Below, piece after piece: positions 12,951-28,387 of a stretch of 64,000 nt of DNA. The notes below the pieces were generated by a model. That model was not told the origin of the DNA, ran no database searches, and was given only the letters and a program-made list of their open reading frames with translations. The translations under genes and the position numbers were made by a program. The first letter of the stretch is position 1. The number at the start of each line of letters is the position of its first letter. The DNA is from the human T2T-CHM13v2.0 reference genome, Homo sapiens. The stretch is taken from NCBI RefSeq assembly GCF_009914755.1, contig NC_060929.1; one strand, 5' to 3'.

Positions 12951-15804
12951 GCCCCAGACCAAGTTACTAAAGACAGAGGGCAGAAAGGGGAATCCTTTGC
13001 AAAGCTGACCTGGAGAGTTCCCTCTTGTTATTGATTATAAAGGTGCTAAAATTAGGTTTTATAAGCAACCCCAGATAACCAGTCTCATTACTTTGTAGTT
13101 GTCCACATTCTGTATCTCCAGCTCTACGCAGAGTAACAGCATAAATTTTAGGACAGTAAGCAGAGAAAGCTTTCCCTCCATGAGCTTTTTCAGAATAGTT
13201 TTTCAACCGTGAGTTCTGAGAACACATGTTCAGTCTCTGGCTCCTTGCCTAACACCGGACCTCTTCTCTTCCTGGTCATGTTGCTTCAGTCTGGTCCATT
13301 TCTGAGCTAAAATTTTCATCTTATTTAAGACACTCTAAATCTCCACTTTGATTGCCATTGTTGGCAGCCCAGGCAGCCATTAGCACTGTTAACAAAAAGT
13401 TGTTCTTTGCTGAACATGGTTGACCCCCAAGGCAATAAGAAAGCTATCACTGTTAACTGATCTGGTTTCTATCTAGTGAAGCTGTTAATTAATTTAAGTC
13501 CTAGAGGATATATTTTGCAACAGAAAGGTAAAAATAGTGCCTTTCTTAAAAGAAAACAACAACAACAACAACAACAAACACATAAAGCAGACTTTCCCTA
13601 TCTTTTCCTCCCTCCTACAATTCTAACCTCCCAATCCTTTCACCTCCCTGAGGAAGGCCAATTTAATTTGAAAGTGTCTGGTTTTCCTAATGTCCTCTCA
13701 TCAATTGATCCTCTTATCTTAGAATTAACTGTTTACTTTCTTAGTTGTAAATTTTGGTTCCAGCTCTTGACTTTTAATTACTCAGACCTTCACTGAGTTC
13801 CTATTATTATCTCTTTGCTCAAATCTACTGCTGTGTCACTTTGTCTTTGATTATTTCTTTATTTATACATTGATTTTTAAAATCCAGTGTTCTAAAACTG
13901 AATTTCTCTTTTTACTGCATTTTATTTTTATTTATACTCATTGCAGTGCCATGGGTTTCTGTGTGATACTATCAGGTTCTTACAACAAAAAAAATTGGTA
14001 ATATGTACCTTCACCATATGCTAATCCATAGATTATTTTCCAAACTTTTCATCCATGAGCATGAGGAATAGTTACACTGAGGACTCAATGATCCAACTCT
14101 ACAAGTGAAAGCAAACATCTTATTAGAAAATGAAGCCTTCATATGGTTGCATGGATGGTACTTAAAAAGTAATGCAGCTTGTTACATTTAAGATGTTGAT
14201 AAAGATTTTGTTCAAAAGTGAATATTCACTAACGCATAGATACATTTTTATTCATTCAAATATTTTGCCCTTCAGCATTTTCATTGTTAAAAGTTACACA
14301 AAAGTTGTATGGAATCAAAGCACAATAGTCCAGAAATATTCCGACTCTCTCAGTTTTCACTGAACGATCATGATATTTAAGAAAAGAAAAAGAAACTCAT
14401 TCCAGTCTCTAATTTATCATTACAAAGTTCTTCTTCTTAGGAATTTTGCTTAGATAAATTCATTTTAAATTGATCAGAGAGTTATCATTTGTACTTCACC
14501 AGAGATTCAGGTCAAAGGAAAATCATTATTTAGAAAAACATATCAAATTGTGAAAATTGTCAGTTACTGCCTAAACAAAGACTTTCTTAAATTTTTCTAA
14601 ATTTTATATAATTTAGATATAACTTCAGATCTATAGATAATAGATACTGTTTTTAAATATATAAGTAGAGATCACCTAAACTGCCCACAAGATATAATTA
14701 ACAATTTCTCCTCTACTTATAATCTACTTATTTTTAACTAACATAAAAGCGGAAGATGTATTTGCTTTTCTAAACAGCATTATCATTAAATAATACTCAT
14801 TAAAGATATATTTTGGAGGAAGAAAGTGCTCCTGGTTCTACAGGTGTCTGTAAACTGCATCTAAAAATTTCAATAATTAATCTAAAGGTAAGTGGAATTT
14901 TAAACGGAGTGAATTTCCAAACTGTAATAACTTGATCTTTTCAGGGAATATTAGTGCTCTCTGAGTTAAGGACCAAGGTTGTTCATACCATAGGGCGCCA
15001 CTTAACAGATCTAGATTCCCCTCTTGATGTTATCAGGGAAAGTGAAGTGAATGTCCTTTTCGGATTCTGAATTGAAAATTAGACCTCCTCTTTCTCGTTT
15101 TCTTCCCAAGCACCCCCCCTCTTTCCTCCCCTCCCCTCCCCTTCCTTTGCTTCCCTTTCTTTTCCTTTTGCTTTCTCTCATGACTTGATTCTGCCAGGCT
15201 TATGCCACAGCAACTACCTTCATCTTTATTCCCTAACTGTAGCAAGAAATATAATTTCCCCACAGAAACGCTGTGTCATGTGCAGAGAATGTTCAGGGGC
15301 TACAACAGCCCCTCTTCTCCTCCCCTGCATCCCTCACCTACTCCAGCTGACTCTTATAACATCCTCCTTTCTCTCTGCCCTCTTACCTGGTCTCCAAGGG
15401 ATACCAAGAGCACCACTCATGTTCTAGCTACCTTCTTTCTCATTCAAGGTGGAGAGTTTAATTTGCCAGTTTTTGAAATAGTAAGTGGAATACAGTTTGT
15501 TCTAGAGTCTAAACTTTATAAAAGTCACATGTTCATTCTGAAAGCAAGGACAGATGAAAATAAAATATCAAATATATTAGCCACTTGGATAGGTTGGATT
15601 GCTTTAAAACATTTACTATTATTAATATTATTGGTTAATTTGGGGGCTGTGGAGAATAAGGATTTTTTGTAAGACTCCTCAAAAAAGCTTAAAAAGTAGT
15701 TAATGAATCACCTGAAGTCCATGGTAATTATAGATGTATTCATCTACCAGAATTCTGTCCCATTCATTTACTTGTATTGGAATAATTTGATATGCATGTT
15801 TAAG

Positions 15805-15953
15805 GTTCTCCTAAAGGAAAATCATCAGGAGGAAAAGTACCAGTAAAGAAATCACCTGCTGACTCTACAGATACATCACCTGTTGCAATAGTGCCACAGC
15901 CACCTAAGCCAGGATCAGAAGAATGGGTCTATGTGAATGAACCAGTTCCTGAG
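15805..15953 (+). CDS. SPEF2: SPEF2 coding exon (149 nt, phase 1-0): SPKGKSSGGKVPVKKSPADSTDTSPVAIVPQPPKPGSEEWVYVNEPVPE
   Basis: Acceptor gtttaag|, donor GAG|gtatgg. Open frame, phase-compatible with both neighbours. Confidence 0.92.
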
Positions 15954-17792
15954 GTATGGCCATTTAGAATCAAGCTGGCAGAATTCATTCTTTCTCCTGC
16001 ATATAGTAAGATTCACACTGTCATTTGCAACATCCTGAAGGCCTTTTACAGCAGGTAATATATATCTATCCATCTGAGATTTTTTTTAGAGACTACTCAA
16101 TGACCCATATCTCATCCTTTCTCCTACTTGAGTTTCTGAGTCATGCTTTGAACTGCTATTGAGTGCTAAAATGGGGGGAACAAATGGGTTCTGTGAGGAA
16201 CAATTTTCTTCTCAAGAACACACAGAGATGCAGATTCCTGGAAGAATGACTTCCCCAGAACACATATCCAGCAAATTTCTAGCCTTCTATTCATATTTTA
16301 ATATCCCCATCACAATGCTTTTAAGTGAAGTTTAACCTTTGACTTTTTAGAAGTAGAAGAATATTTTTGAAGCTAACTAAACCCATGAAAGAACAGACAG
16401 CTATCTGACCTGGGAACGTTAATGGGTATGCTGGTGTAAGGCAAGGAGATGTCCCAGAGGAGCGCTGGAAGCTCCGCCTAGCTCAACTCGCAAGGCCCAG
16501 TTGCCATCTACTATTTTTAGTTGGCTTGACAGATGAATTCTCAGAAAGTCCACAGAATGGTCCTTCCTTTGAAACTTTTTAAACAGCAAAGAGCTTTTTA
16601 AAAGACAAGGTCTCCTTCTCCCTCATTCCAGTCCGCAATGATCTCTTATTCTGATGAACTCAGTAGCAACCATCTGTGCCAGGCATTTGAGACCCAATTA
16701 TGAAATGCAACAATTGTGGTGTTGCTGTTATTATTGAGCTTTCCTAGGGATATGTCTTCTCTCCCAATTAAATTATAAACTCTTTGGCGAGGGTAGGAAC
16801 ATGGAATAATTCAATGTATTCAACACAAACACAGTAGAGAGTATGTAACAGATTCTTGATAGGTTTCTAATTGATTAATTAGCATTGAGAGTGAAATTAG
16901 AACAGAAAATATTTAAAATTGAGAGCATTAAGTGATATAATTATGGAGGTATGTAATTGACCTCACTCAGCCAAACAGAAGCTACTTTAATATATATACT
17001 AATATTAATATATATGTAGGTTCAAAAACTTACCATAGAAGCAAGATATAGAAGTGGGTGTTAGGAATGAGATAAAATTAAAATGATACAATATGGTAAG
17101 TGATGGGGAATGTGGGGCAAAAACACCTAAATTCATTCTTTAACTCCAAAACTTGAAGCCCTTGTAAGAAATAAATCTATAGAGGACAAGAGAGAAATAA
17201 AAAACAGGACTTTTTTTAAAACAAAATTAACATTGAAATATGGCACCAGCTCCATGTAGATCTTCCAGCATTCGGGATTCTATAGAAAACATGATAATTT
17301 GAGGAGAGTAGAATAAAAGACTATTTACACATGTGAAGGCAATAAGTATGGCAACCTACAAGGATTAGATTATTCCCTCCCCTCCAACAAGGGACAGCTG
17401 GGGGTCACTATGGCCCCTAGGCTGAGGAGGTGCAGAAAGGAAGTAGATCCTTGGGCCTCAAGAGAACTTCTGCACTTAGAGGGCCATCTGACAAGAGCTG
17501 TGGCCTTCCCCAGAGGGATGCAGTGCGACCCTGCAAACAGGAGCAGAAAAATACTCTGGCCAAGAAGATGGAGGGCGAGGGAGTTTCCTGAAGTACTTAC
17601 GTACATTAGCCTCCCCAGGCACTAAGCAAGATGAAGGAAACTGGTGTGAAGGGACATGGAAGATGTGCAGCACAGACCTCTCATTTCCTATGTAAGGCCA
17701 GGTAGCAAACACCTTTTGCTACAGCAAAACATGCCCAGTCTAGTTCGTTTCCACTCTGGACTCCCCACACGTGAACTGCCGAGTTTACCTGC

Positions 17793-18143
17793 TGATATGG
17801 TTTTGCTGTGTCCCTACCCAAATCTCAACTTGAATTGTGTCTCCCAGAATTCCTACGTGTTGTGGGAGAGACTCAGGGGAGATAATTGAATCATAGGGGC
17901 CAGTCTTTACCATGCTGTTCTCGTGATAGTGAACAAGTCTCACGAGATCTGATGGGCTTAACAGGGGTTTCCGCTTTTGCTTCTTCCTCATTTTCTCTTG
18001 CCGCTGCCACGTAAGAAGTGTCTTTCACCTCATACCATGATTCTGAGGCCTCCCCAGCCATGTGGAACTGTAAGTCCAATTAAACCTTTTTCTTCCCAGT
18101 CTCAAGTATGCCTTTATCAGCTGCATGAAAACGGACTAATACA
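17793..18143 (+). mobile_element. THE1A solo LTR (ERVL-MaLR)
   Basis: TGATATGG...aaatctcaacttgaattg...ggactaatACA. 5-bp TSD CCTGC (17788-17792 / 18144-18148). Confidence 0.92.
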
Positions 18144-18162
18144 CCTGCCAAGGAAGGGGAAG

Positions 18163-18236
18163 ACAGATGCCCAGTTCAACTTGGATTTCAGTTAAACAAA
18201 TTTAACTGAGAATCCTGTACTTTATCTGGTAACCCT
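18163..18236. mobile_element. MER53-like hAT MITE remnant (internally deleted)
   Basis: gatgcccagttcaacttggatttcagttaaacaa...aatttaactgagaatcctgtactttatctggtaaccct resembles both MER53 arms. Confidence 0.5.
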
Positions 18237-20039
18237 GTTTCCAGACCTTCTAAGGGCCCCAGGTAAACCTTACTTCAACAGACAAATGATGGGAGAGAGA
18301 TTGAAAAGAGAGGCTGCTTCCATATAGCATTCAGGTAGCAGCCAAATGTGAGGAGATCCTGGGACATCTTCCTTTTGCCAGCCACAAGAGAAGGTGCAGA
18401 GAGAACGCAGAAGGCAGTTAGAGTGAGAGGTCTTTGCTTCCAGCCTGTAGAGTCACAAGAACAGCCTCCCAAGACCAGGACTCCACGAAAAGAGGCAGCC
18501 ATGCCTCGGGCCATGTGGCCCATGTAGTGCCCTCACTCACATTCAACCAACCTGTAGCAGCACTCCTCCCTGAAACTGGGCCCAGGGGCCACAGGGCCAT
18601 GTGTGCTGAGTTTGGAAACCTGTCCTCCTTCAGGAGGCTGACAGACATAGGACTCTACGGCCAAAAGTATAACTCAGATTAAAGCATAGCTTTTGATCAA
18701 TTCTCTACTGGCCTTGCTGACAATTTCAACGTTCAAAATATAGAGGGGGCTATGGAGGACTTCTGCTTCGAATTTAGTACTGACCAACAAACATGGACAG
18801 TTAGGTAAATGGAAATGATCAATCATTTAGGAGAAAGTACTAATAAAGGAGGTGTAATAGTAAAGGAAGGATCTGGCAGAACATAAGAAACATGTGCCCT
18901 AGTTATCAGGAAAGCATATTTCAAACCTATAGTGAAATCATAATTGGCCTCTAAACAGGAATAAGGCTCTAAGAGAAATGGATGGGCTCAAATCAGAAGA
19001 AAATTTGCCCTTAAAATCCCGATTATGTACCAAAGAAACTAATGTGATCCCAGGGCATTTTACAGGGGAGAGGAGCAGTAGGCGGGGGATACTCAAAAAA
19101 TTAGAGAAAATTATGAAAGGATAGGAATTTAGTGAGTGTCTAGCCCATCGTAGGCACTTGAACATTGAAAGAATACAGTCAAGGGTATGTGTATATGTCT
19201 CTGCCAAAATGCCAAAAATGAAAAGATTTGTAGTTACATTGTCTAAGAAGATAATAGAAGACTGAAAATGGAAACCCAGCTTGGGTAACCTGAAATCATC
19301 TTAAATGAGAAAAGAAATGAAGTCAAATTAATCAATGGTAGTAATAAGGTTTTGTGAGTCCTAAAGACTTGGTGGACCCTCTTTAAGAAAAAAAGCACAA
19401 AATTGCAAATACAGAATCAGTCATGAAGTCAATATTTATTTAGAACTGATTTGTATTCAGTTAAGAAATATTTTTATAACTGGAAGAAACAGACAAGCAC
19501 ACAAACACTTTTTAGGTGCCCAGTACCCCTCTATTATTCTTTATCTTTGCAGGTCTTTACATATGACAATGATTTTGTAAGCTCATTTTCCTATAGAGAG
19601 AACAGAAAGATAATTGAGGCTTCCCTCTAGCAAGCTTCATTGGATTTTTTAGTATTGATAGAACATTTTCTTTTAGCTTCATAACTCATTATGGAAGGAA
19701 ATGTGACAGAGAGGAAGTCAAATTGGAAAAAGACAGAAGACCTGACCAGTGGTACTTGAAGATGAATCTGTTGCTTGTGTGAGCAAATTACTAGGCTCCT
19801 CTCAGGAACTTGGATGATGCCTGTGTAAAGTGAGGGTCTCTGAAACTTCAGAGAATACTGCCTTGGCTACTGAATTCCTACTATGATTTTGTGTTCCCTA
19901 ACAAAGGGAAAACTATTTAATTGCAAAGTACAGCTCTGAGCACCTCATTACATCTGTAAGTTCAAGTTCCAAGACCAGAAAAATTACATCTCAGGGGCTG
20001 GAAGAACCTACAGATATTACATTATCCATGACTCACAGA

Positions 20040-20690
20040 AATCACAGAGGGTACAGGGGATTCCAGAAAACTAGATGCAGGCAAATGCCTAAATACTTAA
20101 GAAAAGGCAGTGGGACTTAGTAACATACAGACCAATAATTTATACATTAATTATTGTTGTAATTTAAGAGCAAATTATTAAACACATTACTTTTGAGCAC
20201 TTATAAAGATGATCATTTGGAGCCTGCACAGCAAGAATAAGTCTTGTTGAGCTGACCCATTCCTGCTCTAGCCTTGAGAGCAAGGCTGGATATGGGGATC
20301 AGGGAGTACCATAGATGTAGTATCTCTTGAGTTCAAAATAGTATTTGACAATTTCTTCATGAAATCATTGTAGAGAAATGAGGGCTGTGAGCAGGATATT
20401 AATTCAGTTCGACCCATTCTTAGGAGGCAACTCTTCATGCACACAGTGTTGATTAATGGATTGAAGTTGACCAGGAGGGAGGTTTAGTGGTGTGCTTTTT
20501 AAAAATGGTCTTTAGCACCACTATGGATATCACTTTTTTTAAGAGAGATTATGACAAACTAGAAACCAGAGAGAGAAGTAGGTCAGGAAAGGGTGTTGAA
20601 ATAATGTTAGAGGGGCATTAAAAGAACTGTAAATGTTTAATTTAGATACATGAACCCTTAAGGTACGGTTAGACATACGATCTTAGGCTT
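20040..20690 (+). mobile_element. Ancient CR1/L3 LINE, reverse-transcriptase region fossil
   Basis: 20060-20086 reads IPEN*MQAN (CR1 VPEDWRxAN). 20311-20349 reads IDVVSLEFKIVFD (CR1 VDVIYLDFSKAFD). Confidence 0.65.
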
Positions 20691-20774
20691 TTAGAACTAT
20701 TTGGAGCCATACAGTCTCCAAAAAATTTAATATGATGATAAAACTGGGTTCAAATGAGCCTGGTTATATCCATA

Positions 20775-20895
20775 TTAACATTTATTGAGCACCCATTATG
20801 TGCAAATGCTGTACTCAGTTCTGGGAACATGAAAGCAAGCAAGCTGCAATTGCCATGTCCAAGGACACAGTCTACTTGGAGACAGAGGCATAAAC
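20775..20895 (-). mobile_element. L2 LINE 3' fragment (further pieces near 21600-21880)
   Basis: acatttattgagcacccattatgtgcaaatgctgtact...ctgggaacat. Confidence 0.65.
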
Positions 20896-21204
20896 AATAG
20901 TTGCCCCTTATTTGCAGTTTCACTTTATGATTTCAATTACCCACAGTACAGTACAATGAGGTATTTTGAGTAAGAGAAAGAAAGAGCCTACAATCACATA
21001 ACTTTTTTTACAGTATATTGTTATAATTGTTCTATTTTATTATTAGTTAATATTTTACTGTGCCTGATTATGAATTAAATTATATCATAGGAATGTATGC
21101 ATAGGAAAAAACATTGTACATATAGGGTTTAGTACTATCTTCAGTTTCAGGCATCCCCTGTGGGTCTGGGAACATATCCCCCCCTGACAAATGGAATTTC
21201 TGTA
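20896..21204. mobile_element. MER44/Tigger7-family DNA transposon
   Basis: tagggtttagtactatcttcagtttcaggcatcccctgtgggtctgggaacatatcccc and a degenerate TIR at both ends. Confidence 0.75.
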
Positions 21205-21225
21205 AGCAACCAATTACAACACAGG

Positions 21226-21516
21226 TTTTTTTTTGTTTTTTGTTTTTTGTTTTTTTTTGAGATGGAGTCTCGCTCTGTCACCCAGGCTGGAGTGCAGTGG
21301 CATGATCTCGGCTCACTGCAAGCACCGCCTCCCAGGTTCATGCCATTCTCCTGCCTCAGCCTCCTGAGTAGCCGGGACTACAGGCGCCCGCCACCACGCC
21401 CGACTAGTTTTTTGTATTTTTAGTAGAGATGGGGTTTTACCGTGTTAGCCAGGATGGTCGCGATCTCCTCACCTCGTGATCCACCTGCCTTGGCCTCCCA
21501 AAGTGTTGGGATTACA
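21226..21516 (-). mobile_element. AluY, 5'-truncated by ~25 nt
   Basis: AluY diagnostics gccattctcc, ggcgcccgccaccacgccc, gtgttagccaggatggtc. TSD ATTACAACACAG at 21213-21224 and 21511-21522. Confidence 0.93.
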
Positions 21517-21899
21517 ACACAGTTTTGTAGTTTCCTCTATAACAAGACTGTAAACTGTCATAACAACTTAGAGGAGGGAATAATACATTTTATTTAGAAT
21601 ATCAAAAAAGGCCCTCACTGCAAATTACCTTTTAAAGTATGAGTTCATTGGGTAGGGAATATTATAGGAAGAGAGAATCTCAGTCTGAGAGATTGTCTCA
21701 GTGCATCAGGAGCAGAAGGTTTAAGGACACAGCTTTAGGAGGCAGTTCACAGGAAGGCAGGTGCCAGATTTAGAAGGATCTTAAAATCTGTGCTGAAGTG
21801 TTTGGACTTCATCTGCATGGTAGTGGAAACCACGGAATGTTTTTCAGCAAGAAAGTAACATGTTGGAATAATTTTCACTACAGTAACTCAGAGAGACAG

Positions 21900-22150
21900 T
21901 ACAGTGAATTGTTTAAAAAAAAAAAAGTGGATTGTGACTGGTCTATGTTCAAATCCCAGCTATGTCACTCAGCAGCTACATGACCTTGTACAAGCTGTTT
22001 AACCTCTGTTGCTTCAATTGCCTCATCTTTAAATAGTAAGAGTAATAGAAACATATCTTTTAAGTTGTTGTAGGACTTTAATGAGTTAGTCCACATAAAG
22101 CCCTTTAAACAGAATCTGGCACAAAGTAGGTTCTAAATAAGTGTTCATTG
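21900..22150 (+). mobile_element. MIR SINE
   Basis: ttcaaatcccagctatgtcact...tgaccttgtacaagctgtttaacctctg...cctcatctttaaa. Confidence 0.75.
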
Positions 22151-22478
22151 TTTTAAGAATAGAAGGTAATTCAAGGATATTGAAAGGAATCACAGAGACC
22201 TGTTTGGAGGCCCCTATACTGCTCTAGACAAGAACTAATAAAGGCTTGAAGGAAGGCAATGACATAGGGAAAGAGGGAGGAAGGGATAGAATCTGGGAAT
22301 GGTTCAGAAACTGGGTCTTACCCACTTCTCAGATGTCATCTTTCTCCAGTCCTACTTTGTTTCACCAAGCCCTGCAAACACTAGCCTGCATTCTCTCCGT
22401 TACATATGCCAAGAACATTCCCACCACAGTGCCTTTGCATCTGCTGTTCCTTCTGCTCAGAGTGCTCTTCCCCTAAAT

Positions 22479-23155
<677 letters not shown>

Positions 23156-23459
23156 TAATTAAGTTGCCTAGGTCTTTACTACTTACCTTCTTACTGATTT
23201 TCCTAATTACTTATTACTTCTTCACTGTTTCCTATCTTCTATATGAATATAAGCTCCTAAAGCCAGCAACTCTGCCTTATTCACCACAAAATTTCTAGTA
23301 CCTAGGAAAGTACCTACCTACATAGGATGACCACTTAGTGAATAATTTTTGGTTGATTTACTCATTGGTTTGGACAAAGTAAGACACATAAGTAATGATA
23401 GAATGACTTGGATCAGATCTCATGTATCCTGAATCCCAGTCTTACTCTCTCCTCACTAA

Positions 23460-23760
23460 TGTTACCAGTCTTCAAATATCTGACAGGCTGCCATAAGAAA
23501 GTTAGTGTGAATGTAGTCTGTCCTTCTCCAAAGAGAATAGCTAGGACTGAGTGGAAATTACAGAAAGACAAATTTCTGCTCAACAGAAGAAAAAGTTTTC
23601 CAGTAACATGAGTTGTGCAACACTGAAGGAGGCTGCCTTGAAATTCTGTGCTTGATACATACATGAGGTCCACAGGGAGATTAGATAATGTATCTGTAGC
23701 ATTTGGCATTTCTTGATTGGAGAGGAAATTAGCCCAGATGACCTCTAAGGTCTCCATGTG
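23460..23760 (+). mobile_element. CR1/L3 LINE 3' region
   Basis: gtcttcaaatatctgacaggctgcc...ggaaattacagaaagacaaatttctgctcaac...ggctgccttg...ccagatgacctctaaggtc. Confidence 0.7.
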
Positions 23761-24417
23761 TAATTCCCTGAGTGAATAAATGCGCAGCCAATAAGGGAAT
23801 AATGAGTACAGCAAGAATATACTAAATATAATATGGATCCTCAGCTTTATTCATTTAGATTATTTCTTGGTTTTGATTGTTTATTTGCATTATTAAATAA
23901 AATATAAAAGAAGCTTTCTGATTTTCATTATGCACACAGCAATGAAAGAACCTTCTAAATGTAATCGGAGAAATAACTCATCATCACACTGATATGAACA
24001 CTACGTGTTCTTCATGCTAGACAGTTTCCTAACTGAGACAAAATGTGTCACCTGTGATGATTCAATTTATTCATTCAATAACTATTACTTCAGGGACTAC
24101 TATGTCCCAAACACTATGGTAATTAAAGAAAAGATGGCATGAGAGGACTTCAAAAGGCTTGTGGAAAAATTGAATTAAAAGATAAAATTAAAAAATAAGC
24201 CTTATTTCTCAACGTAAGCTTCAAGATTAAGACACCTTTGTAGGAGATAATACCAACAATGCGGTCCATCCTTAAGGAAATGAGGGTCCCAAGAGTTGAA
24301 CCAAGTCAATGCAGTCTTTTTTACATTATTTATTAAATAAAATGGATACCCTTTACAGATATTTTAAGATTAAGAAAAAGAAGAAAGATGGAGCCAAATC
24401 AGAAATATAAGGTGGAT

Positions 24418-24588
24418 TGTATTAGTTTGTTTTCACAGTGCCATAAAGAAATACCCAAGACTGAGTCATTTATAAAAGAAAGAGGTTTAATTGACTCACA
24501 CAGTTACACATGGCTGGGGAGGCCTTAGGAAACTTATAATCATGGCAGAGGGGAAAGCAGGCACATATTAACTACATGGAGGCAAGTG

Positions 24589-24625
<37 letters not shown>

Positions 24626-24814
24626 GGAACTGTCAAACACTTATAAAACCATCATGTCACATGAGAACTAACTCACTATCATGAGCACAGCATGGGGAAA
24701 CCCCACCTTATGCTCCAATCACCTCCTACCAGGTCCTTCCCTTGACACATGGAGATTATGGGGATTATAATTTGAGATGAGATTTGGGTGGAGACACAGA
24801 GCCAAACCATATCA
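24418..24814 (-). mobile_element. THE1D-like solo LTR (MaLR) nested in HSMAR2; contains (TG)n at 24594-24620
   Basis: TGTATTAGT...gagccaaaccataTCA. 5-bp TSD TGGAT (24413-24417 / 24815-24819). Confidence 0.9.
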
Positions 24815-25337
24815 TGGATGCCTAATGATTTCCCATCAAGAGTTTTACAAAATTGGTCTTGTTTGATGAGGGGAATGAGCAGGAGAATTGTTTTGGTGGA
24901 GAAGAACTCTTTGGTGAAGCTTCTCAGTTGTTTTTCTGCTAAAGCTTTAGCAAACTTTCTCAAAATACTCTCATAATAAGCAGATGTTATTTTTCTTTGG
25001 CCCCTCAGAAACTTCACAAAATGCCTGGAGCATCCAAAAAAATAAAAAAAACACTGTTGCCATGACCTTTTCTCTTGACCCAGTCTGCTTTTACTTTGGT
25101 TGGACCACTTCCACCTCTTGGTAGCCATTGCTTTGATTGTGCTTTGTCTTCAGGATCATACTGATAAAGCTACATGTCATCTCCTATTACAAATTCTTTG
25201 AAGAAATGCTTTAGAATCTTGACCTCACTTGTTAACAATTTCTTTTTTTTTGTCATATCCTCATTTATTAAACTTACGTATATTAAATGTCATTACTCAC
25301 CACTGTTCTCTCTTCTTTCACCTTGTCTCTCTTATGA

Positions 25338-26739
<1,402 letters not shown>

Positions 26740-27206
26740 TCTGGGCACAATGGTTTTGACATCCATCTAGGGGAAAGTTTGCTCAACTTTAATTTTTAGT
26801 CAGAGTTGTGCAAGCTGAACCAATTGAGATGTCTGTGGGGTTGGCTATTGTTCTGCTGTTAATCATTGGTCCTCTTCAGTGAGGGCACAAAAAGTTAATT
26901 TTTTCTTTGAAAATGGATATGGATTGGTCTACTGCTGCAGGCTTCATCTTCAACATTATCTCGTCTCTTCTTAAGATCAGTTAGTAAACTGCTAATTTCT
27001 TTGGAACATTGTGCCCATAAACTTTTTGTAAAGCATCAATGATTTCACCATTCTTCCTCCCAAGCTTTACCAGCAATTTGATGTTTGTTCTTGTTTCAAT
27101 TTTTGCAGAATTCATGTTGCTCAGATAGAGGCTCTTTTCAAACTGATACCTCGTCTTTCTCAGTGTCTAAAACTACATCGTCTTCAGATGTGTTCAAACA
27201 TGTTAT

Positions 27207-27268
27207 AAAAACTATGCATTAATTTTGAAATTTTGAATTTTGAATTTCAAAATTCATGCATAGTTTTT
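27207..27268. repeat. 26-bp inverted repeat (25/26 paired, 10-nt loop)
   Basis: AAAAACTATGCATTAATTTTGAAATT / AATTTCAAAATTCATGCATAGTTTTT. Confidence 0.9.
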
Positions 27269-27491
27269 TCATAATATGTATTTTTCATAAACTTTTTGAA
27301 GAGTCTTCTTATAATGGTAAACAAGACAGTTTCTGTGTTTATGGGACTGCCATTCTAGAGATGAGTATAGACAAGTAAATGATGATGTTACAATTAACGT
27401 CATCAGTGTTATGATGGGAAAAGTACAGGATGCTAAGGGAGAACCTCAGAACCTCAGTGGATGACCTTGCAGACTTGTTGTATCTGGGTAG

Positions 27492-27803
<312 letters not shown>

Positions 27804-28038
27804 GCCCCCAATTTCTGGAATAAATAATATCTGGGCTGAGACATGGAGGATTATTTGGAATATGAATTTGCTGGAGTGGGAGGCGTGTGAGAGAAGAGGA
27901 GCAAGAAGTCTCACAGGGAATGCTTTATGTAGTTGCAGTTGCATCTTGACCTTTTTGCTTGGGACTGTTCTTTTGACGCTATTATTCAGAAGAACTTTCA
28001 TTTTGAAGTAACAGTTTCTACACTTTACCATTTAACAG

Positions 28039-28166
28039 GAAATGCCTTTGTTTTTAGTACCTTACTGGGAACTAATAGAAAATTCCTATATAAACACCAT
28101 CAAAACAGTACTCAGGCATCTGAGGGAAGACCAGCATACTGTGCTTGCTTACTTATATGAGATTAG
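28039..28166 (+). CDS. SPEF2: SPEF2 coding exon (128 nt, phase 0-2): EMPLFLVPYWELIENSYINTIKTVLRHLREDQHTVLAYLYEI(R)
   Basis: Acceptor tttaacag|, strong donor AG|gtaagt. Frame continuous. Confidence 0.94.
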
Positions 28167-28248
28167 GTAAGTAATGTTTCCAAAGTCAGAATTTTACAGT
28201 TTAGAGGCATAACATATAAAATTTATCTCATTCTATTAATGTCTACAG

Positions 28249-28387
28249 AACAAGTTTCCAGGAGTTTCTAAAGCGTCCGGATCACAAGCAAGATTTTGTA
28301 GCTCAATGGCAGGCTGATTTCAACTCCCTTCCTGATGACCTGTGGGATGATGAGGAAACAAAGGCTGAACTACATCAACGAGTGAAT
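28249..28387 (+). CDS. SPEF2: SPEF2 coding exon (139 nt, phase 2-0): TSFQEFLKRPDHKQDFVAQWQADFNSLPDDLWDDEETKAELHQRVN
   Basis: Acceptor gtctacag|, donor AAT|gtaagg. Separated from the previous exon by an 82-nt intron. Confidence 0.94.

Noticed and set aside
15080-15180. Pyrimidine-rich tract as a triplex/G4 element or alternative acceptor
   Set aside because: Ordinary low-complexity sequence with no clear mirror symmetry or downstream exon.
17340-18700. GC-richer stretch with many overlapping short ORFs
   Set aside because: Partly THE1A and MER53. The rest is probably decayed repeat that I cannot assign, with no splice or coding support.
24679-25128. Domesticated mariner transposase gene (SETMAR-like)
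   Set aside because: The HSMAR2 frame is shifted repeatedly and interrupted by THE1D and L1.
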